This document shows positions 25,583 through 37,296 of a DNA stretch of 64,000 bases, in pieces (the stretch's first letter is position 1; each line of letters starts with the position of its first letter). The stretch spans positions 39,432,001-39,496,000 of the forward strand of contig CM052824.1 of NCBI GenBank assembly GCA_028534125.1, given 5' to 3'. Origin of the DNA: Lama glama (Eukaryota). The notes under the pieces are model-generated. The model was not told the DNA's origin. It searched no databases and saw only the letters and a program-made list of their open reading frames with translations. Position numbers and translations under genes: made by a program.

Positions 25583-26538
25583 GTAAGTGAGGGGACGCCA
25601 GGCGCGGAGGGACCGCGGCTGCGGGTGGACAAGACCGCTTTTGATAGGAGGGTCCTTTGGTTGGGTGTGAGTGTGCTTTCTCACGGTTTGGTTGTATAGC
25701 CTGGCACCTTGGTGGCCCCGCAGTGGCAGCAGGGGATGCTGGGAGCTCTTGGAAGGAAGCAGGGAGCAGCTTCAGAGGCCGGGCTAGGACTGGGACAGTG
25801 ACCAGGTGAAAGGACTGGGCTTTCCAGGCGATGGCTGCCAGTCCAAGTCCACCGGGATTGAAAAGACTGCTCCCATCTGGGCTGGTGTGGGAATCCAGGT
25901 CTGGTCCAGGTGTGGGACCAGGACTTCAGGCAGCGGGGGAGGCAGTATACAGTGTTAGCTCACATCTGAGGCCTTGGTGAAGGAGATTCCTCAGGGAAGA
26001 CATGGCCCTGGCCTAAGGGAGGGCATGGCCCTTCCCTGCAAGTCCAGTCTAAGGGGAGACAGTCTTACCTCAGAATCCCCAAGTCGGTGGGATAGTGACT
26101 AGAAGACAAGAGTCATGCCCATGACGTTATTTGGTAATTCTTAATGAGCCAAGAAGTCACATGCTGATGAGCAACAAAGTTCTGCCAGTGTGTGGTCACC
26201 CAGCTAGTGCCTGGCTAGGACTGTAGGGCTAGGCCGGGGCGGGTTTCCGTCTCTTCTCAGACATGGGAGGGAAGAGGACACAGGAGGATAAGCACTCAAG
26301 AAATGTACGTTGTATGAAGGGAGAAACATCAAGGTTTGGGGATATAGTCTTCCTGGTGAAGTGGGGTAGGAGCTGCTTGTTAAAACCTTGAGGGTGGGAT
26401 GGAGGGGAGGTGGCCGCAGGAGACGGATGGATAGACAGTGCCAGGTAATGGAGTGGTCAGTCATTCATGGCAGACATCCTGGGGGCTGGGGGAGGGAGAG
26501 GCATCACTCCTCTCCTCAAATCTCCTTTTGCTCTCCAG

Positions 26539-26630
26539 TCCTGGAAAAAATCCGCAGTGCTGTGGGCAGCACACAACTTCTCCTGTCCCAGAAGGTTCAG
26601 CAGTTCTTCCGGCTGTGTCAGCAAAGCATG
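26539..26630 (+). CDS. DLGAP3: DLGAP3 internal coding exon, 92 nt (GH1 domain)
   Basis: Polypyrimidine tract plus ccAG at 26537-38 (A|TC = Ile). Translates LEKIRSAVGSTQLLLSQKVQQFFRLCQQSM. Donor GTGAGT at 26631. Confidence 0.96.
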
Positions 26631-26885
26631 GTGAGTGCCCATGGGCATAGAGCCTACCAGGTGTGTGTACCTGGTTGGTGACCCAGAGTATGTGTGTGCC
26701 TGGAGATGTTTGTGCCCACAAGGGAGAGGCCGGGGCTCTTTTTTGTCTCCCTGCCTCCCAGTCCCCACCCCACTCTCCCAGGTTGAGCTTCCTAATGATG
26801 AAGGTGCATGGGGCTTTCTATAGTCCTGGCTGGGGCTCAGACCCCCCCTGACTGGCTGCCTCCTCTGTATCTCCCTCCACTGCAG

Positions 26886-27029
26886 GACCCNNNNNNNNNN
26901 NNNNNNNNNNNNNNNNNNNNNNNNNNNNNNNNNNNNNNNNNNNNNNNNNNNNNNNNNNNNNNNNNNNNNNNNNNNNNNNNNNNNNNNNNNNNNNNNNNNN
27001 NNNNNNNNNNNNNNNNNNNNNNGCCTAAG
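26886..27029 (+). CDS. DLGAP3: DLGAP3 penultimate coding exon, 144 nt, mostly N
   Basis: Acceptor tgcAG at 26884-85 then GAC CC (Asp-Pro). After the gap, G CCT AAG (Pro-Lys) then donor GTGCGG at 27030. The 48-codon length equals the SAPAP3 segment DPTAF...LLEPK as I recall it. Confidence 0.85.
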
Positions 27030-27439
27030 GTGCGGGGAGGTGCCTTCAAGCCAAGAGGCCAGACCCTTGAAAAACGCCCTTCTCCAGAGAGTGGGGGAGG
27101 GGTGTGGGGCGAGAAGGAGGGCAGAAGAGGCAGTCCCGAACAAGTGACGGTGACCATCTTCCAAAATGACTACGCTCTCGGTCACTGCTCCCTACTTGGC
27201 CCCAGTGCTCATCACTCCCTGAGCTGCAAGAACCTTGAGGTGGCTGCAGCCTCCTCTGACCAGCTGTAGTTTGAGGGAGCTGAACTTGAGCTTCCAGAAG
27301 GGCCGACTGCCCTCAGCTTGGACGTAGACACAGAGGGGACCGGAGGGTCCCCTCAGCCCTCATCTCAACAGACATTGTCTGCGATGGGGCCCAGCAGCCT
27401 GGGATGTGAACCCTCATTGCCTCAGCTGGGTCGGGGGAG

Positions 27440-28500
27440 CTGACTCCTCTGGACCTGGAGGGGAAGCATCCACTTATCGGGAGGGAGCGAACAAGCTGAT
27501 GCGAGTCGTGGAAGACGGTTCCACTAGGGGCGCTCGAGTCCTCCCCCCGCCGCCTCCTTTAAATGAAACGTGGGTTTTGACCTTGGCAGAACAAGTACCG
27601 CTGGGGCTTCGCGGGCGGGCAGACGCTCTGGAGAACCGCTCTCCCGAGTCCGAGGCGCGCGAGGTTAACCGGTCCGGGCGGTGGGCGGGCGACTTGGGAA
27701 GTCGGGTGGGTCCTGCCCCCAAACCAAGCGGCCGCCNNNNNNNNNNNNNNNNNNNNNNNNNNNNNNNNNNNNNNNNNNNNNNNNNNNNNNNNNNNNNNNN
27801 NNNNNNNNNNNNNNNNNNNNNNNNNNNNNNNNNNNNNNNNNNNNNNNNNNNNNNNNNNNNNNNNNNNNNNNNNNNNNNNNNNNNNNNNNNNNNNNNNNNN
27901 NNNNNNNNNNNNNNNNNNNNNNNNNNNNNNNNNNNNNNNNNNNNNNNNNNNNNNNNNNNNNNNNNNNNNNNNNNNNNNNNCGCCCAGCCCGGGCCTGGGC
28001 CCGCGGTTTTCTACCCGTACTGTACACCCAGCGTCGAGGTCACTGTGAACGCGGGCCGCCCGTGCGCCCGCCCCGCCGGCACCGCACGCCCCGGCCCCTC
28101 CTGCCCGTCACGCTCTCGTGGGTTTTTTACCTTCCTGACCCCACGCGAAGGCGCCCGGGCTGGGCTGGGGGCCGTGCCTCTCCGCCCGGCGCCCCCACCG
28201 GGACCCCCACCTCCCTCCTGGTCCGACGCTTCGTCCCCACCTCCTCCCCACGGGCACCATCTCTGCCATTACTTTCCCCCACGGGCCAGGCCGGGCCGGG
28301 TCCCCCATCTGGNNNNNNNNNNNNNNNNNNNNNNNNNNNNNNNNNNNNNNNNNNNNNNNNNNNNNNNNNNNNNNNNNNNNNNNNNNNNNNNNNNNNNNNN
28401 NNNNNNNNNNNNNNNNNNNNNNNNNNNNNNNNNNNNNNNNNNNNNGCCCACCGGGCCCAGGGACCACAGTGGCTGGACCAACCCAGGACCAGGGCGCCTG
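27440..28500. promoter_or_regulatory. 3' CpG island over the DLGAP3 last intron/exon
   Basis: Dense CpG and very high GC on both sides of the gaps at 27737 and 28313. Confidence 0.75.
27737..27980 (+). other. DLGAP3: N gap inferred to hide the DLGAP3 terminal coding exon (C-terminal QTRL Shank-PDZ ligand)
   Basis: Not visible. About 219 coding nt (EEKKVPP...EAQTRL-stop, from recall of the human protein) are unaccounted for. This 244-N gap lies between the last donor and UTR-like sequence leading to a poly(A) signal. Confidence 0.65.
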
Positions 28501-28625
28501 GGCCTCTCCCCTTTGCCAGCTAGCTGCTAGGGAGGGGAGATGGGGGCTTCCCCTCACCACACCTGTGGCTGTTCCCACATCCCCTTGAGTATCCCAGGAA
28601 AAATAAAACGGCAGAACTGCACTTG
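27981..28625 (+). other. DLGAP3: DLGAP3 3' UTR (GC-rich, contains a 133-N gap)
   Basis: Lies between the inferred stop and AATAAA at 28602; very CpG-rich with no SAPAP-like frame. Confidence 0.75.
28602..28607 (+). terminator. DLGAP3: Polyadenylation signal AATAAA of DLGAP3
   Basis: Only canonical hexamer in the sequenced DNA following the last exon (ggaaaAATAAAacgg). Confidence 0.8.
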
Positions 28626-28762
28626 AACCAGCTGCTCTCTCCAGAAGAAGCCACCTCTGCCCGTGGGTGGGGGACCGGAGGTGGAGGGAGGGGAGGCCAG
28701 GAGCCCACGCGTTTGGTTTGGGGAGAGCTGGGTTGCCTGGGCCAGCTGGAGGAAAGTGGGTT

Positions 28763-28780
28763 CGGCCCCCTGGTGGCCGC
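28763..28780 (-). promoter_or_regulatory. CTCF motif (predicted)
   Basis: Minus strand reads GCGGCCACCAGGGGGCCG; core CCACCAGGGGGC matches the consensus. Confidence 0.6.
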
Positions 28781-29517
28781 AGAAGGACCTGAGCCCTGCT
28801 GGAGGGACCCAGGTTGGGTGAAGAGGGTCGTCTTCCAGTTCCTCTTAGTTCAGTCCTATTCCCTTTCTGCCTTCAGTTCCTAGGGTTCCCCCAGAGAGGG
28901 AAGGCCAGAACCCAGTGCTTGGCACACAGCACGTGTTCCATAAACAGAGAGGGCTATTATTCTTAAATGTAGACAAATACTGGTTTCCCTTCCCTTAAGG
29001 GGCTAGTGTTCCCTCTGCTCCAGTAATTCCTGGTCAGTGGCAGAACTGTTCAATTTCATGCTGTCACATTTTCTGATGCCTCCTGTGCTTGGACACATTG
29101 ATGGGCGGCAGAGGGAGAGGAGAACAGAACTTTCCTGGGAAGCTAAGTGACAACCCAAATCTGGTAATGATGGCTAATATTTATCGGATGCTTACTGTGG
29201 GTCAGGCAAGGGGTGAGCGCTTTACAAGAATGTAACTCATTCTTAGGACAGATGAGATAGCTGAAGCTCGGGAGAGGGCAGATGACCTGTGCAAAGTCAC
29301 AGGCAGGCCTAAGAGTGGTGGATCCAGGTCTGTCTAGTGAAAACTGTGAGCTTTTAAGTCTACAGCCTTCCGAGCCCAGAAAGAGTTGGATGGCAGCCCT
29401 TACCAAGAAAGCCATCTTTCCAGTCTTTGTGGTTGATGTGTCACCCTGAGGCAGGAGGAAGAGCCTTCCAAAGGAGTTGGCTGCCCTTGTAGGCCACACT
29501 GGACGAGCCAGTTCTTC

Positions 29518-29920
29518 TCATTCACTTATACAGCAAGTATTTATCAACACCCACTGTTGGCTCTGTCCAGCATCTGGGGGATAGCCCTGAACAGGTTGGT
29601 TTCTACTCTTACAGTGCTAACAGCCTTACAGGAAAAACAGACAAATAAGTAAGCAGTTACAATATAGGGGTGAGTGCTGGAAAGATGACTAGGTATTAGT
29701 CATTGAAGGAGAGCTGGAGCTGGGAGGGATGTTCCAAGATCAGAGAACAGATGTGCAAAGGCCTGGAGGGTAAAAGGCATTGGGAGTGCAGAGACTTGAT
29801 CATGCTGGGCTTTTGGGTCAGTGTGAGGAAGGTGGGCCTGGGTCCTGAGGACCATGGGGAGCCATGGAAGGATTTTGAGCAGGAGAGTGGCACAGACATA
29901 TTTTACAGGCTGGTTTGGAA
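29518..29920 (-). mobile_element. L2 LINE fragment
   Basis: cattcacttatacagcaagtatttat; atgtgcaaaggcctggagg; atggggagccatggaaggattttgagcagg. Confidence 0.7.
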
Positions 29921-32815
29921 GACCAGCTGAAAAGCAAGAGGTCATACACCCACACACACTCATAAGAGACCACTGGCAGGTGGAGAGGGCTCCCGTGTGA
30001 TCTGAATTCCCAAAAGTGAGTCAGGCTGGAGCTGATCCCAAGCAACTTCCTGGGCCCTGTCCAAGACTTAGTGAATAGATTCTTTGCCCTCAGATGAGTT
30101 TTTAACAAGTGAGCTAGGTGATTCTGATGGCAGCCAGGTTTGGGAACACTTAGATTGGATAAATGACCATTTCAAAGTTTCAACTAGAAATGCTCATTTG
30201 TCTGTTTCCCTTAGACTTGCCAAGTGAGGGGTTGGCTGGGCGACTTGCCCTCCCTGAGGTTCAGTTTCCTCACCTCTACAACGGGGACCTGGGAGAGGTT
30301 TGAACCCAATGTTACTCAGAACAATCTTAGCAGGTATTGTTATCATCACTGTTTTAAAGATGAGAAAACCAAGGCTTGGAGAGATTCAACAACTTACCCC
30401 AAATCATGTAGCCAGGAAGTGGCTGAGTCTAAGTTTAACCCCTACATTATACAGCTTTTGATGGGTCTCTGTTTTTTCCCAGAAACTGGGCCAGGTTTGC
30501 TGGATATGAGAATGGACATGGAGGAATAGGCAATGTCCACACCTGTGCAGGCATCCTGCTACAGATGTGATGCCTAAAATCAATCACCCTGCATGGGGCT
30601 GATGTTGGGGGCATGGGATGAGTCTCCATTGGGTGTGATAGCTCCAGAGTTGTGCTGTGCTCCACGGACATGTGAAAGATTAGAGCCTGGTTGAGCTGCT
30701 CCCCGTCTGGCCATAGCAAGGCACGTAAACAGAAAGATCCGGTGCAGAGGGAGGCCTGCTCTCCCAGAGGGGCTGAAGAGACCAGAGGAGGGAGCCTCTA
30801 GTGGCCAGTGAGTCTGGGAAATCTTTCAGTAAGAGAGGCCTTTTGAACTGGGCCTTGCAGGATGAATTAGAGTTTTGAAGTTGGGGATGAGAAGACATTC
30901 ATTTCAGGCAAAGGGACCAGTGTAGGTAAAGGCCTGTAATGGTGTGTGTTGGGGGATGATGGGAAAGGTGACAAGCTAGGACAAGGGTAGAGAGGGAATA
31001 GAGGAGATGTGCCTGGAAGGGACCCAGGGCGTTAAGCTGGAGATTTCAAGGTTTTATTTAAATTTTTGAAAGACTCTTTGGCCAACAGAAGAGAAATAGA
31101 CAGTAGGAGACAATGGAAGGCAGGGAAGCCATTGAAGGAGTTGCCAAGGTGGTTCAGGTAAGAGATGGTGAAGAATTTGAGAGACATTCAGGAGGCAGAG
31201 GGACTATAAATTGGATCTGGAGAATAATGCAAAGATGAAGAGGCCTTGAGGATGTTTATCAGGTTTTTGGCTGAGTGAATAAGTAATGCCATAAACAGAC
31301 ATAGGGCATTACAGAAGGGAGAATAAGTTTGGAGAATATTAAACATACTGTGACCAATTACCAACCACTTGAGGGGAATACCATGCACTGTGCTAAGCAC
31401 TTTATACACATTAGGGGTTTAGTACTCAGAACAACCCAAGGAGGAGGGACTCTTATTGTCTGTTTTTGTTTTTTGTTTTTTTTAAACAAAGAGTGTAAAC
31501 AGCTTTCCTGAGATCAGCAGGCAGCAGGGTCGGATTTGAACCCACAACTCTCTGATTGTTAAGCCTGTGCTCTGGAGACGTTCTCGATTCTGCCTGACAG
31601 AACTGCTAGCCATCATCGCCTGAGACTCAGCTCAAGGGCAGGATCCCCTGGGGAACCTTCCTGGATTCTTCTCTGTGCACTTGTGTCTACTCCTGTCATC
31701 ACATTTCTCACACTCTGTCCACATTTTGAAGACCTCTCTGCTTCCCCATCCATCAGTCAGACAACTCCTGAGGGCAAAGATGGTCCCAGTCATTTTTGCA
31801 TGCCCAGAGCTGAGCACATGTTAATTGGATGACTGAATGCTAGTTATTCTAGGCAATTATGTTCCCTTCTCCTCTCTACATATTTAATTAGTGAACAAGT
31901 TCTGCTAATAATGATTTCCTACACATTTCTTTATTCGTTTTCCTTTATTCCTTTCTCTCCTCCTCCAACTGCCAGAGCTTAGCACTGAGATCTTTGAGAG
32001 TGTATGAGATCTGTGAGATCATAGAAGGGTAGATAACCTGATAATGCACTTCTTGAGGTTTCCTGCTCAGATGTCCCTTAAGCTTGAAAAACAAGCCAGA
32101 ACTACTTTGGGAAGGAAGGGTGGGAAGGGCATTCCAGGTAAATGAAAAAGTGTAAATAAAGGCACAGAGGTGTGAAACAGTTTGTCCTGCGTGGGGGAAT
32201 AGGAGGGATTTAGCATGTGTTACTAAATATGCCTGGCTGAGACTAGTGGAATGAGGGTGGAAAGGCAGGGCTAGGTGGGGGCTTTATGATGTTTAAATTT
32301 TGGTGTTTTTTCCTATACGTGATAAAATGAACGTTTGTACAAGGCGCAGCGGGGATGGACACAGGGTGGGAGTGAATACTTGTACCTGAGGGGTTAAGTA
32401 AGACTTAGGTTTTACTGTATTTCAATTCTTTGTATGCGAACAATAGTACCATTTATTTCCCTGCTTGCTCTGTGCCGGCATAGCACTTTGCATACCTCAT
32501 CTCACCTAACTTTCGCAGCATCCCTTGAAACAGGTCTTTCTACCTTTATGCGTAAGAGGGAGAGAACACGCAGACAGCTTAACGATGTTCCCAAGGTCAC
32601 ACAGCTAGAAAGCTATACAGAATCAGAGGCGTTCTTTAGAGTGCTAGGTTATACTCTGCTGAGACCTTCTCGAGGTCAAGGATCATGTCTTTTATTTTTG
32701 TGCGCTCAGACCTAGGTGTTAGAAGACGTCTAATAAACATCAGTAAAATATACGAACACATGACCTTCCACTTTCTCCACGCGGAAGCCCTTGGTGAGGT
32801 CAGTGGGAAACCTCC

Positions 32816-32834
32816 TGGCCGGCAGGGGGCGCTG
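32816..32834 (+). promoter_or_regulatory. CTCF motif (predicted)
   Basis: TGGCCGGCAGGGGGCGCTG, near-consensus. Confidence 0.65.
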
Positions 32835-32964
32835 TATCCTTCTCAGCGCATCGCGGCCCGTTGCGGTCGCTTATCTTCCCTTTCCTTCGGCTGGAGCTCA
32901 GCCAATCCCTGTGGTCCGAGAGAGCCGGCGCCTGTGGGCGGGGCCCCGGGGCGAGGCCCCGCGG

Positions 32965-33047
32965 GCCACTGGTAGTGGCAGCGTCGGAGCTCCCAGCTCG
33001 CGGGCGGAGGGCGGGGTTCGGACGGAGGAGTGCGGGCAGCAGAGCAG
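32965..33047 (+). other. SMIM12: SMIM12 non-coding exon 1 (start approximate)
   Basis: Consensus donor CAG|GTGAGT at 33047/33048 just downstream of the CCAAT and GC boxes; no ATG in the exon. Confidence 0.75.
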
Positions 33048-35163
33048 GTGAGTGAGCGGTCGCTGCGGGCAGTCTCTCCCCTGGGGCGCCTGCCGGGCCG
33101 CCCGTTGCTGTGGCGGCGGCTCCTGGCCTTGACCTCTGAGTTAGGTGCTGGCGAGCGTCCGCCCCGGCCTTGGCCAGGCCTGACGGTTCGCTCTCTTCCC
33201 GGGGCTCGTCGTCGGAGTCTGAGTGCCCTGCGGACACTGCGGCTCGGGCTTCTCGGCCTCAGGCACGTGGGGGAGGACGCACACTGACCAGGCGGTGAGC
33301 TTGGTGGGGTAGGGGGAGCGGGTCGGAAACTCAGAGGGAGAAAGGCAGAACCTTGGACCCCTACCTCCTTGCGCTCTCACCTCTGGGCCTGACTCGAGTA
33401 ACGGTCAAGATTGATTCTTCCACCCACTCAGGTCTCCCCTGCCCTTGTTAGCAATACTCAAATCTCGGACTGCGGCTTCGCGCGCGTCTCATTGGGCCTT
33501 GGGGGGCCCCGGCACAAGGGCAGGTTTCCCGGCAACCCATTTGACCTTTACCGGACGCGTGGGCTCCCGCTGTGCGGGTCTGGAAATATGCGTGACAGTA
33601 TTTGCCAGACACTTTTGCCTTTTTCGTTTTGCTACCCTGGGGATGACTTGTTAGGAGTGTTTAAGTGGCCAAATGGGAAAAAAAAAAGTGTTTAGCTCGT
33701 AATCAGCAAAGGCCGGTGCTGTGTTCCTGCCGCTTTTTGAGGGTGGGTGGATGGATGACTCTATGGTTTTACACTGGTGAGTTTCTTGAGCTGTCACTCA
33801 TTCATTCAACAAACTTCCTGAGCACTTACTGCCAGGCGGGGTGGGAGGGGTGGTAGGTGGACAGGCCACAGTGGGGACGCACAAACATGGCCCTTGCCCT
33901 CTTGGAGCGTGAAGTGTTTTGACAAATGCAGACAAATGGGGCAGGTCAGCTCAATGTCTGACACAGAGAAAGTGGTTTTGAATGTTGAATAATTAATGAA
34001 TGGATTAACTTATTTGGGAATGATTAGAATGTGAGTCCGACGACAGAGGGAGACCTTGTGCTGCGTGTGAGAGAGGATATTAGTGGTGGATTCATGCTTG
34101 ATATACTTAAAGACGAATTGGAAATCCGAATGGAGAGTTGCTGTTAGGGAAAGTGTTTACTTTTAGAGAACTTGCTTGCAAGGTAGGAAAGAAAATGGAG
34201 GAATATTAGGGTTGAGATTCTTCAGAGGTGCCACTTTTAACAATTTCGGAAAGGTAATCTTACAATTTCACAAATCTCTGAGTATAATCTTAGAGTCTTT
34301 GCAAAACGGGAAGCTCTTCTAGGTGGTGGAATGCCAAGTTGATGGGGAAAAAATGCAGGAAGCTCTCCTCAAGTCCAGGATTTGGGCAGAAACCATACAC
34401 CTATTTGCAGTGTGTTCTAGAAGGATCATAGGTGTTGAATTTGGAGAAGCCTAGGTCCAAAACCTGTGGCTCTGTCCCTTCTGGTGATTTTGGGTAAGTT
34501 AAGGTAATGTTCCTGAGCCTTTGTGGCCTTCAACAAAAATCTGGGCTGCTAATTCCTACCTTATAGAGCTGTTGTGAAGATCAGATGATGACTAGTGTGT
34601 GAATTGTCCAGCATGGTGCCTGGTGCTAAGTCTTGGATCTGCTGCAGTTTTTTTCCCTGATGTTAGTCCATTATAGTCTTGGGTCTATAACATGCTGGAA
34701 TACCTCCAAATTCCAAAGAGAATTGGAACCAAAGAGAGAGGGAGAAAATCAGCTCATCTTTGGTGAGGTTTTGATTGTTTACTTTAGACTGGATAGCTGA
34801 GTTGAAGAAATAACTTACACAGAAGGAATGATCATTCTAGACTTCTGGGCAAGTTACTTAACCCTCGATAATACCATCTACACTACAGAGTGGACATGGG
34901 TATTAGAGGAGATAGTATATAAGTGCTTAGCCCAAGCCAGGGACATAATAAGTGCTCAATAAATGGAGCGACCACTAGTAGGATAATTGTGAATAATCTT
35001 TGATAGTTGTTAATAGTGATAATGATCATTTGAGAATAAATGGCCATTTGAGTGACCTAATTTATGCATTTTAACATTATTTTGGTGTTGTCTTACTTCA
35101 TTTCAGGAAGCCCTGGGGCCACTCCACTTCTGTTTTTCTGCCATGGCTTGTGCAATGGTTTTT

Positions 35164-36229
35164 GTCTTTGTTTTTGTTTTTTTTTAAGTATAGTCAGTTT
35201 ACAGTGTTGTGTCAACTTCTGGTGTACAGCACAATGCTTCAGTCATATGTGTATATACATATATTCATTTTCATATTCTTTTTCACTGTAAGCTACTACA
35301 AGATATTGAATATAGTTCCCTGTGCTATACAGTATAAACTTGTTTATCTATTTTATTTATACCAGTCAGTATCTGTGAATCTTGAACTCCCAGTTTATCC
35401 CTTCCCACCCCCTTTCCCCCCTGGTGACCATAAGTTTGTTTTCTATGTCTGTGAGTTCATTTGTCTGGTTTTTTTTTTTTCAGATTCCACATATGAGTGA
35501 TACTGTATGGTATTTTTCTTTCTCTTTCTGGCTTACCTCACTTAGAATGACATTCTCCAGGTCCATCCATATTGCTGCAAATGGCATTATTTTATTATTT
35601 CTTATGGCTAAGTAGTAGTCCATTGTATAAATATACCACAGCTTCTTAATCCACTCATCTGTTGATGGACATTTAGGTTGTTTCCATGTCTTGGCTATTG
35701 TAAATAGTGCTGCTGTGAACATTGGGGTGCATGTGTCTTTTTGAATTAAGGTTCCTTCTGGATATATGCCCAGGAGTGGGATTGCTGGGTCATATAGTAA
35801 GTCTATTTTTAATCTTTTGAGGAATCTCCATATAGTTTTCCACAATGGCCGCACCAGACTGCATTCCCCCCAGCTGTGTAGGAGGGTTCCCTTTTCTCCA
35901 CACCCTCTCCAGCGTTTATCGTTTGTGAACTTTTGAATGATGGCCATTATGAGTGGTGTGCAGTGATACCTCATTGTAGTTTTGATTTGTATTTCTCTGA
36001 TAATTAGTGATATTGAGCATTTTTTCATATGCCTATTCGCCATTTATATGTCTTCATTGGAGAATTGCTTGTTTAGGTGTTCTGCCCATTTTTGGATTGG
36101 GTTGTTTGTTTTTTTCTTTTTAAGTCATATGAGCTGTTTATATATTCTAGAAATCAAGCCCTTTTCAGTCTCGTCTCTTGCAAATATTTTCTCCCATTCT
36201 GTAGGTGGTCATTTTGTTTTGCTTATGGT
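35164..36229 (-). mobile_element. 5'-truncated, relatively young LINE-1 (ORF2 C-terminus plus 3' UTR) in the SMIM12 intron
   Basis: ORF 35480-36043(-) is the L1 ORF2p C-terminus ([22 protein letters not shown]). Perfect 13-bp TSD tgcaatggttttt at 35151-35163 and 36230-36242; TTT|AAAAA nick site on the minus strand. Confidence 0.95.
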
Positions 36230-37017
36230 TGCAATGGTTTTTAAACATAGAATTTTCAAGTCCTAGCATGTCCAGAGTATGTGTAATGGGTGGGTGACAT
36301 TTTTAGGAGCTTATTATGCAAATATAAGGATATGGCTTTGGTTAAAGGCAGTGTGTTTTGAAAGGGCTTTGGCCAACAGATTTGTAAAGTATGGGTTCAT
36401 CTTGTTAGAAAAGTCATGTTCAGAATAGGAAAAAAACCACTGTCTATCCATCTAAAATCTAGAATGGCTGCGTACTGGATTGGGGTTTGGCCTGCTTAAG
36501 TATGCTCCTTATTATTTATGTGAGACAAAGGAACTACTTCTCATTATCCAGGAGCTGGAAGACCCACCATGGGATTGTGCATGGTGGGAAAAGGACGGCT
36601 GGCTCTGCTCATGGAGCAGTCGTGTAGAGGAGAGAAAGTCTCTTCCTCACTCTTGAAATGTTGGCAAATTGTGCAGGGAGGTCCTGGGGTCGACAGCAGG
36701 TGTGAAGCTTTACTAGGTACGGCTCAGGGGGACTCTTGTGGGGAATACTGCCACATGTGGTTGCATAATTGTCAAAGAGTGCAGTACATAAAATAGATTC
36801 TCCCCTCTTACCTAACAATTGAATCTTTTGAAATCTTCTAGATTGTTTCAGGGACCCAACTGTTGCATAAAGCAAGGTACCCTCTTGCATTGCTCTACCT
36901 GAGGTGGATGCTCGGTAAATTGTGCCAGGCTGCCTGGTAAGTGGAGAGCCCTGGTGGGTTGTGTGTATTTGGTGGGAAGGGGCCCCTCATGCTGCCTTGT
37001 GCTCTTCTGCAGATGTC

Positions 37018-37296
37018 ATGTGGCCTGTGCTTTGGACCGTGGTGCGTACCTATGCTCCCTATGTCACATTTCCTGTGGCCTTCGTGGTTGGGGCTGTGGG
37101 CTACCACCTGGAATGGTTCATCAGGGGAAAGGATCCCCAGCCTGTGGAGGAGGAGAAGAGCATCTCAGAGCGCCGGGAGGACCGCAAGCTGGATGAGCTG
37201 CTAGGCAAGGACCACACCCAGGTGGTGAGCCTTAAGGACAAACTGGAATTTGCCCCCAAAGCTGTGCTGAACAGAAACCGCCCGGAGAAGAATTAA
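37018..37296 (+). CDS. SMIM12: Small integral membrane protein 12 (92 aa), whole CDS in exon 2
   Basis: [92 protein letters not shown]-stop. Acceptor ctcttctgcAG at 37011-12. One N-terminal hydrophobic segment. Known neighbour of DLGAP3. Confidence 0.97.

Larger units (their letters stand above)
32780..33600 (+). promoter_or_regulatory. SMIM12: SMIM12 CpG-island promoter (TATA-less; CCAAT and GC boxes)
   Basis: High CpG density; AGCCAATC (CCAAT at 32902-32906); GGGCGGGGC at 32936-32944; further GGGCGG at 33002 and 33009. Confidence 0.85.

Noticed and set aside
27519-27535. CTCF-like TTCCACTAGGGGCGCTC
   Set aside because: One G short in the core, so the spacing does not fit the consensus.
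32800-33237. 145-aa antisense ORF across the SMIM12 promoter
   Set aside because: Non-ATG start, low-complexity Ala/Pro/Arg composition typical of CpG islands, no recognisable homology.
36922-37017. N-terminal extension of SMIM12 in the 124-aa ORF call
   Set aside because: Starts at GTG in intronic sequence upstream of the acceptor at 37011-37012; the real protein starts at ATG 37018.
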